DNA of 64,000 bases. Origin: Mobula hypostoma (Eukaryota). Numbering within the stretch: the first letter of the stretch is position 1; every line of letters begins with the position of its first letter. The position numbers were made by a program, and so were the translations under genes. The notes below the pieces were generated by a model that was given only the letters and a program-made list of their open reading frames with translations, was not told the origin of the DNA and searched no databases. The stretch is from positions 17,298,001 to 17,362,000 of the forward strand of contig NC_086108.1 of NCBI RefSeq assembly GCF_963921235.1. Reading direction: 5' to 3'. Below, piece by piece: positions 11,237 through 23,740 of this stretch.

Positions 11237-14157
11237 CGGTTTTCAAGATGGCGCCGGTATCTGGTAACTCTGCGTGTGCTGTCCTGAGCAAACTGCCCTC
11301 TACACTATCCTATACCAGAGAAATCCTTCTAAACCTCCAATCTGCTACACCTAGCAAGATCAACAACACCCTGGCAAAGCTACTGACCCAGCTGGAGACC
11401 ACCACGCCAGAATTGCTTCTTCAACTCCGGACCGCACCTGGACCCAACCAGCGAGGCCCACCACGTTCCCGGAGACCTGCAGGCTGCTACCGTGCCGGAC
11501 AGCTTGGAGACACAGCCCATTCCGACCAGCACCTCTCCGGAGCAGACGACCACACAGAAGTGACGTCGGAGACCTCAAGGTTCCCCAGACGCTTCCCCGG
11601 CTGCTGTAAGTGAGGCCTCCACCGCCGACCTCGGAAATCGAGCAAAAGGTGAAGTATCGTCCCTACTATCTGCCACGGGAATTCACCATACTGACAACAG
11701 TCTACATTCCCCCCCAGGTGTACGTGGAGTGTGCTCTGAATATACTGTATGCCAACATCAGTGAACTTGAGACCAGGTATCCGGAGGCTTTGTTCATTAC
11801 AGCTGGGGACTTTTACCAGGCCAACCTCAGAAAGGCGCTGCCAAAGATATACTAACACATCTCTTGCCCCACTAGAGGCCTGAATATACTTGACCACTGC
11901 TACACAGCAGTCAAGGATGCCTACCGTTCCGTCCCACGACCTCACTTCAGAAAATCGGACCATCAGGCCTTACTCCTCCTCCTGGCTTACAAACAGAAAC
12001 TGAAGCGGGAGGTCACGGTGTCAAAAGTGGTGTTGCGTTGGACGGGGGAAGCAGATGAGGTCCTCCGTGACTGCTTTGAATTGGTGGACTGGTTAGTATT
12101 CAAGGACTCAGCAGCTAATCTCGATGAGTATGCCTCAGCTGTCATGGACTTTATCTGGAAATGCACAGAGCACTGTGTGTCTTGCAAGACAATCTGGGTA
12201 TTCCCTAACCGGAAACCTTGGATGAATTATGAGGTCAAGTCCCTTTTGAAGGCTAGAGCTGTGGCTTTTAGGTCCGGGGATACCAGTCGTTACACGGAAT
12301 CCAGGCGTGAACTCCGGAAAGTCATTAAAGGCGCCAAGAGGCAATATCGAGCCAAGTTGGAAGCCCAGGCTAACCAAAGGGATGCCAGTAGACTACGGCA
12401 GGATCTAAATGAGATCACTGGGTGCAAAGAAAAGGCTGGGAATATCAATAACTGTAGCGCTTCTCTTCCTGACGAACTTAACGTATTCTACGCAAGATTC
12501 GAACAGAAGAGGAGCGTCCCGCTCCGTCTGGATGAACTGGACCTGGGGGCATCGAGATTCATCGTCACCGAGGAGGACGTTAGAAGGGCCTTCCTGAAGA
12601 TAAATCCAAGGAAGGCGACGGGTCGAGATGGCGTCCCAGGATGGGTTCTCCAGGCCTGTGCAAGCGAGCTAGCTGGAGTGTTTGCTGACATCTTCAACTG
12701 CTCCTTGCTTCAGTCTAAGATCCCCTTGTGTTTTAAGAAGGCAACGATAATCCTGGTGCCGAAGAAGAGCAAGGTGGCATGCCTGATGACTATCAGCCTG
12801 TGGCTCTGACACCAATTGCTATGAAGTGCTTCGAGCTATTGGTTATGGCACACATCAACCACAGACTACCGGTCAACCTCGACGTTTTGCAATTTGCCTA
12901 CCGGAGCAACAGGTCAACGGCAGATGCCATCCCTCTGGCCCTACATTCCTCCTTAGAATACCTGGAGAATAAAGACGCATATGTAAGGCTCCTTCTCATT
13001 GACTACAGCTCTGCTTTTAATACCACCATTCCAAATAAACTGATTCCTAAGCTCCGGAACCTGGGCCTTAGCACTTAGATCTGCAGCTGGATCTTCAACT
13101 TCCTCACAGACAGGACCCAGGCTGTAAAAATAGGGGACAAGCTCTCCTCTACAATCACTCTGAGCACCGGTGCCCCACAAGGCTGTGTACTCAGGCCCCT
13201 GCTGTACTCACTGTACACCCATGATTGTGTAGCCAAGTTTCCATCAAACTCAATATATAAGTTTGCTGATGACACCACAATTGTAGGTTGTATCTTGGGT
13301 AATTATGAGTTTGAGTACAGAGAGGAAATTAAGAACCTGGTGGCATGGTGCGAAGACAATAACCTATCCCTCAACATCAGCAAGACGAAGGAATTGGTTG
13401 TTGACTTCAGAAGGAGTAGCGGCCTGCACGACCCCATTTACATCGGTGGTGTGCAAGTGGAACAGGTCAAAAGCTTTCCTCGGGGTCAATATCAAAAATG
13501 ACCTGACTTGGTCCAACCAAGCAGAGTCCACTGCCAAGAAGGCCCATCAGTGCCTTTACTTCCTGAGAAAGCTAAAGAAATTTGGCCTGTCCCCTAAGAC
13601 CCTCACTAATTTTTATAGATGCACTGTAGAAAGCATTCTTCTAGGGTGCATCACAACCTGGTATGGAAGTTGTCCTGTCCAAGACCAGAAGAAGCTGCAG
13701 AAGATTGTGAACACAGCCCAGCACATCACACAAACCAATCTTCCATCCTTGGACTCACTTTACACTGCACACTGTCGGAGCAGTGCTGCCAGGATAATCA
13801 AGGACACGACCCACCCAGCCAACACACTTTTTGTCCCTCTTCCCTCCGGGAGAAGGCTCAGGAGCTTGAAGATTCATACGGCCAGATTTGGGAACAGCTT
13901 CTTTCCAACTGTGATAAGACTGCTGAACGGATCCTGACCCGGATCTGGGCCGTACCCTCCAAATATCCGGACTTGCCTCTCGGTTTTTTTGCACTACCTT
14001 ACTTTCCCTTTTCTATTTTCTATTTATGATTTATAATTTCAATTTTTAATATTTACTATTGATTTGTACTCCAGGGAGCACGAAACGCAGAATCAAATGT
14101 CACTGTGATGATTGTACGTTCTAGTATCAATTGTTTGGTGACAATGAAGTATAAAGT
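11237..14157 (+). mobile_element. Rex/Babar-type LINE with an intact-looking 5' end, partially deleted endonuclease and frameshifted RT
   Basis: [76 protein letters not shown]; tail (gtataaa); TSD ATAATAA at 11230-11236 and 14158-14164. Confidence 0.9.
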
Positions 14158-14996
14158 ATAATAAGGGACAAAATTGATAAGATCAGTATGGTAATCCATG
14201 TGTGAAAACAAAAGAGATGGGGGAGATCTTCAATGAATTTTTTGCATCTGTATTTAGTCAGGAGATGGACACAGAGTCTATGGAAGTGTAGCAAATCTGA
14301 TGATAATGTGGTTAACCGGATCAGCAAAATTTTGGATGACACCAAGATTGGGGGTCTAATGGACAGTGAGGAAGACTATCAGAGGGATCTGGACCAGCTG
14401 GAAAAATGGGCTGATAAATGGCAGATAGAAAAATGGCAGCTGGAAAAATGGGCTGATAAATGGTGTTGCACTTTGGTAGGACCAGCCTGGATATATATTA
14501 CACAGTGCACGGAAGGGCACTGAAGGGTTTTTGTAGAACAAAGGGATCTGGGAATATAGGTCGATAATTCATTGGAAGTGATGTTTCAGGTAGAGAGGAT
14601 CACAAAGAAAGCCTTGGGCACATTGGCCTTCATAAATCAAAGTGTTGAGCACAGGAGGTGGGATGTTATGTTGACGTATAAGACATTGGTGAGGCCTAAT
14701 TTGGAGTATTGTGAGTAGTTTTGGTCACCTAATAGGAAGATGTAAATAAGATTGAAAGAGTACAGAAAAAAATTACAAGGATTTTGCCAGATTTGGAAGA
14801 CCTGAGTTATCAGGAAAGATTGAATAGATTAGGACTTTATTCCTTGGTACATAGAAGATTGAGAGAATATTTGATAGAGGTATGCAAAATTATGAGGGGT
14901 ATAGATAGGGTAAATGCTAGCTGGCCTTTTCCACTGAGGTTGGGTGGCACTACAACTAGAGGTCATTGGTGAAAAGTTTAAGGGGAACATGAGGGA

Positions 14997-15500
14997 TACT
15001 TCACTACAGGAAGGATGTGGATGCTATAGAGAGAGGGCAGAAGAGATTTACAAGGATGTTACCTGGATTGGGGAGCATGCCTTATGAGAATAGGTTGAGT
15101 GAACTTGGTCTTTTCTCCTTGGAGCGACGGAGGATGAGAGGTGACCTGATAGAAGTGTATAACATGATGAAAGGCATTGATCACGTGGATAGTCAGAGGC
15201 TTTTTCCCAGGGCTGAAATGGCTAACACGAGAGGGCACAGTTTTAAGGTGCCTGGAAGGAGGTACCGAGGAGATATCAGGGGTAAGTTTTCTACGTAGAG
15301 AATAGTGAGTGCATGGAATGGGCTGCCGGTGACGGTGGTTGAGGCAGATACAATAGGGTCTTTTAAGAGACTCTTGGATAGGTACATGGAGCTTAGAAAA
15401 ATAGAGGGTTATGGGTAACCCTCAATAATTTCTAAAGTAAGTACATGATTGGCACAGCAACGTGGGCTAAAATGCCTGTATTGTGCTATATGTTTTCTAT
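14997..15500 (+). mobile_element. CR1 3' fragment
   Basis: ORF 15017-15298 ERRRMRGDLIEVY...; tail atgttttctat. Confidence 0.85.
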
Positions 15501-16334
15501 AAGTGCATGCATGCACAGATGAAGTGAAAAACTTGCTTGCGGTCTCATCATGGGCACATGGTCCCATATATACAACATTAATAATAAACACAAACATTAA
15601 ACATAAATTACACAAAATTATACAAGGAAGGTCCAATACAGTGCGAAAAATCAAAGTGGTTATAGTGTTGGGCTGAAGTTGTGATTAGGGTTGTGCAGGT
15701 TGGTTTTAGGATGCTCCCTTCAAGATTCCATGCTTTTCCCCAAGCCCCTGTCTCCTCACTTATTGCTGGTCCAAAATTGATACAACTCCCTCAATTTTTG
15801 AGTCATACAGCCCAAAACAGGCTGTTCAGTACATCAAGCTCATACCAAGCATCAATGACCCCTGTACACCAATCTTTCACTAATCACATTTTATTCTCCC
15901 CATTTCTCCGTAAATTCTATCACTCTCCAACACAGTGAGAGCAATCTATAGAAACCAACTGACCTGGGAATCTGCATGTGTTTGAGGTGTTGGAGGAAAT
16001 GTGAGCACCTGGTTGAAACCAATGCTGTGCAAGCTCCACATAAGCATCAAGAAGTTATTGGCAGACCTGTGGCATTGAGGTTGTGGGCCTCAAAGGTTTT
16101 TTTCCTTTCTCAAAGGACTTGAAAAGCAACTTCTCAGTAACTCAGGGTTTCATCTGTGGGAAGTACTTAAGGAGATCATGAAGGTTCAGACCAAACATGT
16201 TCCCAACAAACACAAAGGGGAACTCCTAAATCAAGCCAAGTAGCAAACAGTATCAAAAAAAGGAAGTTCATGACACATATTGAGAATTCAACAATGCAGA
16301 AAGCTGAGGGGAGCTGAGAAGAGGTGAAATTAAA

Positions 16335-18272
16335 AAGGATGAAGGCAGAACAGCAATGGTTGGAGTTTCTGGGGGAAATTCAGATGGCGCAGGAGATATA
16401 AATTATAAAGATAAAGAAGTATTCTAAAGGGAGGATGAGGCAACTGTGGCTGACAAGGAAAGTCAAGGACAGCATAAAAACAAAAGAAAGAGCATATAAC
16501 ATCGGAAGAATTTTTAAACCTACAGAAGGCAACTAAAAACTCACAAGGGGGGAAAAGATGAAATATGAAGGTAAATTAGCCAATAATATCAAAGAAGATA
16601 CCAAATGTTTTTCAGATATATAAAAAGAGAGGCGAGAATGGTTATTGGACTGCTGGGAAATGATGCTGGAGAGGTAGTGGTGGGTGACAAAGAAATGGTA
16701 GACAAACTTAATATTGCATCTTCGCTGTGGAAGACACCACCAGTATGCCAGAAATTGGGGAGTGTCAGGGGTAGGAATGTTATTACTATTACTAAGGAGA
16801 AGGTGTGTGGGAATCTGAAAAGTCTGAAGATAGAAAAGTCACCTAGACTAGATGGACTATACCACAGGATTCTGAAAAAGTTAGCTGAAGAGATTGTGGA
16901 AGCATTAGTAATGATCACTAGATCATTAGATTCTGGACTGATTCTGGAGGACAAATGTCACTCCATTCTTTAAGAGGGGACGGAGGCAGAAGAAAAGAAA
17001 TTATAGGCCAATTAGCCTGACTTCAGTCGTTGGAAAGATGTTGGAATCAATCGTTAATGAAGTTGTTTTCGGGGTACTTGGAGGCATAGTAAAGTAGGCT
17101 ACAGTCGGCCTGGCTTCCTTAAGGAGAAATTTTCCCTGACAAGTCTTTTGGAATTCTTTGAGGAAACAACAGGCAAGATAGACAAAGGAGAGTTGGAAGC
17201 TATTGTTTTACTTTGATTTTCAGAAGGTCTTTGACAAGGTACCGCATATGAGGTTGCTGAACAAGATATTACAGGAAAGATACCAACATGGATAGAAGAT
17301 TGGCTGACTGACGGGGAGGCAAAGAATAAGGGGAGTAAACGGAATAAAGGGACCTTTTCTAGTTGGCTGCCTGTGACTAGTGATGTTCCGCAGGGTTTGC
17401 TTGTTGGGACTGCTTCTCTTCAGCTTATGTGTATGATGGAATTGATGGCTTTGTGGCCAAGCTTTTAGATGATACAAAGGCAGGTGTGTAGGCAGGTGTG
17501 TGGGCAGGTAGTGCTGAGGAAGCAGAGAGTCCACAGAAGGATATAGACAGTTTTGGAGAATGGGCAAAGAAGAGACAGATGGAATTAGTGTAGGGAAGTG
17601 AACAGTCATGCACTTTGGTAGAAGGAGTAAAGACGTATACTACTTCCTAAACATGGAGAAAATTGAAAATATGAGGTGCAAAGAGACTTGGGAATCTTTC
17701 TACAGGATTCCTTAAAGTTTAATCTGCAGGTTGAGTTGGCAGTGAGGAAGGCAAATGCAATGTTAGCATTCATTTTGAAAGGACTAGAATGTAAAAGCAA
17801 GGATGTAATGCTGAGGTTTTATAAGGCATGCGTCAGACCACATTTGGAGTATTGTGAGCAGTTTTGGGCCTCTTATCTAAGAAAAGATGTGCTGGCATTG
17901 GAGAGGGTCCAGAGGAGGTTCACGAGAACGATTCTAGGAATGAAAGGGTTAATGTACAAGGAGTATTTGATGGCTCTGGGCCTGTACGCTCATCTCATAG
18001 AAACCTATTAAATATTGGAAGATCTAGACAGAGTTGACGTGGAGAGGGTGGAATCTGTGGAATTCATTGACATGGGTGGCTGTGCAGTCCAAGTCATTAA
18101 GCATTTTTAAAGCAGAGGTTGATAGGTTTTTGATCATTCAGGGCATCAAACGTTACAGGGAGAAGGGGTTGAGAATGGGGTTGAGAGGGATAATAATTCA
18201 GCCTTGAAGGATTAGTGAAACAAACTCAATGGGCTGAATGGCTTAATTATCTTCTTATATCTTATGGTTTTA
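16335..18272 (+). mobile_element. 5'-truncated, degraded CR1 LINE
   Basis: FFRYIKR.., KSPRLDGLY.RILK, NYRPISLTS and ORF 17676-18011 (RPHLEYCEQFW); tail tcttatgg. Confidence 0.85.
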
Positions 18273-18282
18273 TTTCTCGTCC

Positions 18283-18597
18283 TTGGTCAGGATAAGAAAC
18301 AGTTTCTTCCCCCAGGCCATAAGGCTTCTGAACTCTCTGCCCCATTGTATTTGAATGTCACTGGTTAATCCGTTCTGTTCCTTACAATATTTAATATTAA
18401 TGTGCTTTAGTTTGTTATTTATGTGTGATTCAACTGTAGATTATATCCTTATCTTCATAAGTTTACGTGTGTTATGTGTACTACTGTGCTTTACACTCTG
18501 GTTTGAAGAAACATTGTCTCATTTCTATATACAGTACATTAAATGGTGAAACAACATTATATACATGTATGTAGTTAAATGACAATAAATTTGACTT
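18283..18597 (+). mobile_element. Rex/Babar 3' end fragment
   Basis: RNSFFPQAIRLLN followed by a 3' UTR similar to the minus-strand copy at 36009-36180. Confidence 0.7.
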
Positions 18598-20152
18598 GTA
18601 TCACAAAGCAAAAGAGCATACATGAAACAATTCTATCAAAGGAAAGTCCCAAGATTTTAATGAGTACATGATAGGATAACAAAGAAAGCTGTAGGTCAAT
18701 TGCTGCTGAAAATGAGTATGAGTGTGGAGATTGGAGGGGTGTACAGTCATAGATTGCATCTGTGTTCACAGATGAGGAGATGGTACAGATATTGACCATA
18801 GGGAGGAAGAGTATGAAATCTTCTACATGATAAAACTAGTGTGAGGTGACAGATTGAAGCATTTAGCATTTTAAAAATCAACAGATCACCAAGTCCAGAT
18901 AAAATGTGACCCATGTTTCTAAAAGAAGGTTTGAATGGAATAATGGAGCCTGACAATAACTTGTTTTGGCTACAGGAGGATAGCTAGTCATTAATGCAAT
19001 ATCAGTACTTATAATGTAAAAACAACATAACCTAAATAACTCATAAATCCAACACTGGTGGTTGGCAAATTATTGGAAAAATGTCTCAAACACACCATAA
19101 ATCAGTGCTTAAAGCAAAGCTTAATCAAAGAGAGTTGACATGGATTTAAGAGAGCAAAGGCTCTGACTGTTTTGAATAAATGTTTTGAGTAGTTCATTAG
19201 GAATTTCTTTTATGCCTATCAGGGATGTGGCTTCACAGGCAGGGGCCAGCTTTTAATTGCTCATCCCTGGTTTCCGATAAAATGATGGCAATTTTGGTCA
19301 CAGTGGCCTCTCTGGGTCCAACAAATGGTGCAGATGTGTGTCTTAAACAATTTTCACCTGATCGCAAGACCCAGTTTGACATTGGTAGTATAAAATACTG
19401 CGTCCGGTTCATTGGCTCATTGGAGAGACCGAGGGCAGGGGAGCTGCATGGCTTTGGCTGTTGCATGGACCAGACTCCCATGCCACAGCCTCACCTGTTA
19501 CAGCCAAACAGAAGAAAATGCACTGGTGGCAGTGTGGGAAAGAACAGAGGCATGTTGGTAATATCATACATGCTGAGTTGGAGGCTAGCCCTGCCCATCG
19601 ATGCTGCCTTCCAGGATAACATCCCTTGGACCATTAATCTTCAGGCCATGCCACTCAGGAACTGATGCTGACTGTTTGTGCTATCATAACTATATGTGCA
19701 GTGTGCGTGTGTGACTGTGTGTACAGTGTTTTATACCGTAGCCCTGGAGGAATGCTGTTATGTTTAGCTGTATACATGTGTATGGTTGAATGACAATTAA
19801 ACTGGAACTTGAACTTGAACTGTCATTGAGAAGGTGTTGGTGAACTTCCTTCCTGAACTGCTGTAGTACTTGAAGGGTGGATATGAACTGATGATGCTAG
19901 CACATTTCATGTTGACAGGTTAGAAGAGGCCTAGAAGAATGGTATTGGTGATTATTGGTGACGTTCTGTGGGCTGCAGAAAACTGTTTCAAAAATTATTT
20001 TTAATATACCTCTTTTGAATTACTCTCACTGCGATCTGCAGCATGTAACTTCCCTTTAAGCAATAAATTTTTAAATCTGCTGAATGATCTTCAGATCTCA
20101 CAATCGATTGAAGGACTTGACCGACCAAAGCAGGCACATTTAAGTGGTTGAA

Positions 20153-20223
20153 GCGAAACATCAACTGTACCTCTTCCTAGAGATGCTGCCTGGCCTGCTG
20201 CGTTCACCAGCAACTTTGATGTG
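20153..20223 (+). mobile_element. 71-bp Penelope pLTR fragment with a 21-bp TSD
   Basis: aggcacatttaagtggttgaa at 20132-20152 and 20224-20244; the insert matches 57863-57932. Confidence 0.85.
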
Positions 20224-22369
20224 AGGCACATTTAAGTGGTTGAATGTTCATCAACAGGGACGAAAGTGAGGCAAGAAGGGGTGGGGGAGGACAAGATTAC
20301 AGTAGCAGAGAGAAATGAGAGCCTGTTCTAGGTCTGCTTGATTGAAACATGGCTTTATCCCAGCACTGTATATACAGCGATCAGGTTTCTTGATTTACAG
20401 AATGGACCAAACTGCTGATTCGGGAAAGGCAACAGTTGGAGGTGTGGGTTTCATGATAAACTCTCGGTGGTACTCTGATGTAGCAGTTTGTTGAATTTGA
20501 CCCTGACCTTGAACACCTAACAGTCAGATGCCATCTGTGCTATTTATCTAGGGAATCCTCCTCCGTAATTATGACCGTAGTTTACATAGCACCAGCTGCC
20601 GACTGTAATCAAGTGCTTGCGATACTGCATGATGCCATCTCCAAACAAGAAACAGTCCATCCTGATGTATTTGAAATCATAGTCTGAGATTTCAACCAGA
20701 CTTGTTTGAAGAAAACCCTGCCCAATTACCATCATCATACGGTGCCGAGAAAAAGTATTCACCACCTCGGACGTTTTCATGTTTGACTGTTTTACAACAT
20801 TGAATCACAGTGGATTTAATTTGCCTGTTTTTGACACTGATCAACTGAAAAAGACTCTTTTGTGTCAAAGTGAAAACAGACCTCTACAAAGTGTTCTAAG
20901 TTAATTACCAATATAAAATACAGAATAATTGATTGCATCAGTATTCACCACCTTCAAATCAATATTTAGTAGATGCACCTTTGGTAGCAATTACAGCCTT
21001 GTGTCTGTGTGGATAGGTCGCTATCAGCTTTGCACATCTGGACATTGCAATTTCCCCCCATCCTTCTTTACAAAACTACTCAGACTCTGTCAGATTGCAT
21101 GGGGATCGTGAGTGATTAGCCCTTTTCAAGTCCAGCCACATATTCTCAATTGCATTGAGGTCTGGACTCTGACTTGGCCAATCCAGGACATTAACTTCGT
21201 TGTTCTTAAGCCATTCTTGTGTAGCTTTGTCTTTATGTTTGGGGTTATTTTCTTGCTGAAAAAGCAAATCTTCTCCCATGTTGCAGGCTCTTGCAGACTG
21301 CATCAGGTTTTCCTCCAGGATTTCCCTGTATTTTGGTGCATTCAATTTACCCTCTACCTTCACAAGCCTTCCAGAGTTTGCTGCAGTGAAGCATCCCCAC
21401 AGCCTGATGTAGCCATCACCATGCTTCATGGAAAGGATGGTGTGTTTTTAATAATGATGTGCGGTGCTTGGCTTATGTCAAACATAACATTTAGTCTGAT
21501 GACCAAAAAGCTCATCAGACCATAGAACCTTCTTGTACGTGATAGTACATGACCTATCAGTGGCATCTATAGAGCTTTACCAAGAGGGATTTTTTGCAGG
21601 TTGGCAGCAGTTACTTAAAAAGGGAGCTTTGAGAGCGTTTGTCCATTGTACATGGCTTATCAGCAGCATCTATAGAGCTTTACAAGAGGAATTTCTCACA
21701 GGTCCATGGCAGTTATTTAAAATGGGAGCTACGAGAGTGTTTGTCCATTGTATGTGGCCTATCAGCAGCGTCAACAGAGCTCTACAAACTAAATAAAAGT
21801 ACAGAAGGGATAAGTAGAGCAGCCATTGTCGGGAGTAGAAGCATCAGGCTTTGGCTCAAAAGAGGTGTAGGCTCTGTTTAAAGAGCCTGTTAACGTTTCC
21901 TTTTTGTTTTTTTCTCCCCCGTCTCTTACTGTACCGTTTAAATGGCTGTGGTGTGCTCTTCCTGCCAGATGTTGGAGAACTGGGAGATCTGGAATCTCCT
22001 GGAGAACTACATCTGCATGAAGTGCATCCAGCTGCAACTGCTTGAAGACTATGTTAGGGATCTGGAGCAGCAACTGGATGACCTTTGGCTTGTATGGAAG
22101 AACAAGGATATAATTGATCAAAGTTACAGGTAGGTAGTCACCCTGAAGTTGCAGGAAGCGAGTAGCTGAGTGACTGTCAGGAGAAATGGAAATAGGCAGT
22201 TAGAGCAGAGCACCCCGTGGCCGTTCCCCTCAAAAACAGGTATACCACTTTGGATACTTTTGTGGGGATACCTGCCGGGAGAATGCTATGGTGCCCGGGT
22301 TACAGGCACCGAACATGGGTCTGTGGTGCAGAAGGGAAAGTGGGAAAAGAGGGGAATGGTAGTGATAGG

Positions 22370-23740
22370 TGTGACAGGATCCTGAATTATCCCTCTGAAT
22401 TGTGTTTTTAAAAAGAGAGAGAGAGAGTTGTACGACACAAACACCTTGGTATTAAGAGAGAGAGAGAGGCGAAGACTGCTTTGAGATGGTGTTATGGTTT
22501 CCCTGCAGCATGTTTACACTTTTGCCAGCTTCTGTGTTCCTACAGAGAGAGAAGGGAGGAGCTACTTGATGGACAGCTGGTGTTCAGCATGGTGAGATAA
22601 ATAGACACAGACACATGATTTTGGACTCTGGATGAGCTTTGCTGTGCCCACAGGAAGGTAGGTTTTTGGAGGATCGATCAGTGGCTCTCACAATGTGAAA
22701 AAGGTGTGACCGGTGGGGAGTTATTAGGGTGTCCAACCCTCGCCTGGGTTGATAACTCCAGCATTGAAAATGGTGCCCTTGTTGTGGTCACATTCGGTGA
22801 CTTCTAAAGGATTTCGGAGGACAACGGGAAGATCAGCAGCATCAGCTCGCCTGATGCTGATCTATTTCTGCCGGTTCTTTAACCCGTCATGGGGTATGTG
22901 ACAAAATTGTGGGCTCGTCCGGGATTTGAACCCGAGACCTAAAAGGAGGGGGGTGTGACAAAATAGAAAACACTTTGGAGTCTGGTATTGCTATTAACTA
23001 ATACTATTTATTAGTAACTACGCAATACAATAATATAAATTCAGATATATCAAACAGGTTAGCAAAGATTATATAAGATTATAAGTGTGGAAATATAGAA
23101 ACCAAGCTTCTTCAAGCCTAGGAGTAAATGGATACAGTCTTACGTTGATGAGGAAAGTTCAGTTCAGTTCGTGGTATTCAGTTGAGTAGTGATGGAGAGA
23201 GAGAGAGGTGTTTAGTTCTTCAGGTGAGCTGATACCGTCGATCTTCCCGTTGTCCTCCGAAATCCTTTAGAAGTCACCGAATGTGACCACAACAAGGGGA
23301 TCGTTTCCTGTGCTGGAGTTAACAACCCAGGCGTGGGTTGGACACACTAATAACTCCCCACCAGTCACACCTTTTCCACACTGTGAGAGCCACTGATTGA
23401 TTCCCCTGATCGACCCTCCAAAAACCCACCTTTCTGTGGGCACAACAAAGCTCATCCAGTGTCCAAAATCATGTGTCTGTGTCTTCCAGCTGACCTTCTA
23501 TTTATCTCACCATGCTAAACACCAGCTGTCTATCAAGTAGCTCCTCCCTTCTCTTTCTGTAGGAACACAGAAGCTGGCAGTGTCCTTGCAAAAGTGTAAA
23601 CACACTGCAGGGAAACCATAACACCATCTCAAAGAAGTTTCGCCTCTCTCTCTCTTAATACCAAGGTGTTTGTGTTGTACAACACTCTCTCTCTCTTTTT
23701 AAAAACACAGTTCAGAGGGATAATTCAGGATCTCATCTCA
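22370..23740. mobile_element. Non-coding LTR-derived element: LTR(+, internally deleted) - tRNA-Pro copy - PPT - inverted LTR(-), with a 4-bp TSD
   Basis: TG...CA ends, TSD TAGG (22366-22369 and 23741-23744); 22370-22855 is inverted to ~23220-23740; interrupts the CR1 ORF1 at VIG/DS. Confidence 0.85.
22908..22953 (+). promoter_or_regulatory. Extended tRNA-Pro primer-binding site (22908-22940) directly followed by a polypurine tract (22941-22953)
   Basis: TGTGGGCTCGTCCGGGATTTGAACCCGAGACCT is 31/33 complementary to the vertebrate tRNA-Pro 3' end (recalled sequence); then AAAAGGAGGGGGG and TGTGACA. Confidence 0.85.

Larger units (their letters stand above)
3247..14995 (+). mobile_element. Fragmented host CR1 ORF2 (segments ~3247-3632, 4208-4540, 5658-5918, 10963-11236, 14158-14995) split by nested insertions
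   Basis: APE motifs (GIYYRPP, GNFNFP, LDLLV, SNHNAI), linker KKNPEGFYRYIKSKR and a C-terminal LGLYSL..RRLR..LIEV occur in colinear order across the insertions. Confidence 0.75.

Noticed and set aside
14397..14463. Short direct repeats (gaaaaatgggctgataaatgg)
   Set aside because: Local slippage duplication inside CR1; not CRISPR-like.
15800..16090. Very degraded minus-strand V-SINE
   Set aside because: Resemblance to 38317-38607 is too weak to set boundaries by eye.
22908..22940. tRNA-Pro gene
   Set aside because: Only the 3' 33 nt are present, including a CCA-derived end, next to an LTR; this is a primer copy rather than a gene.
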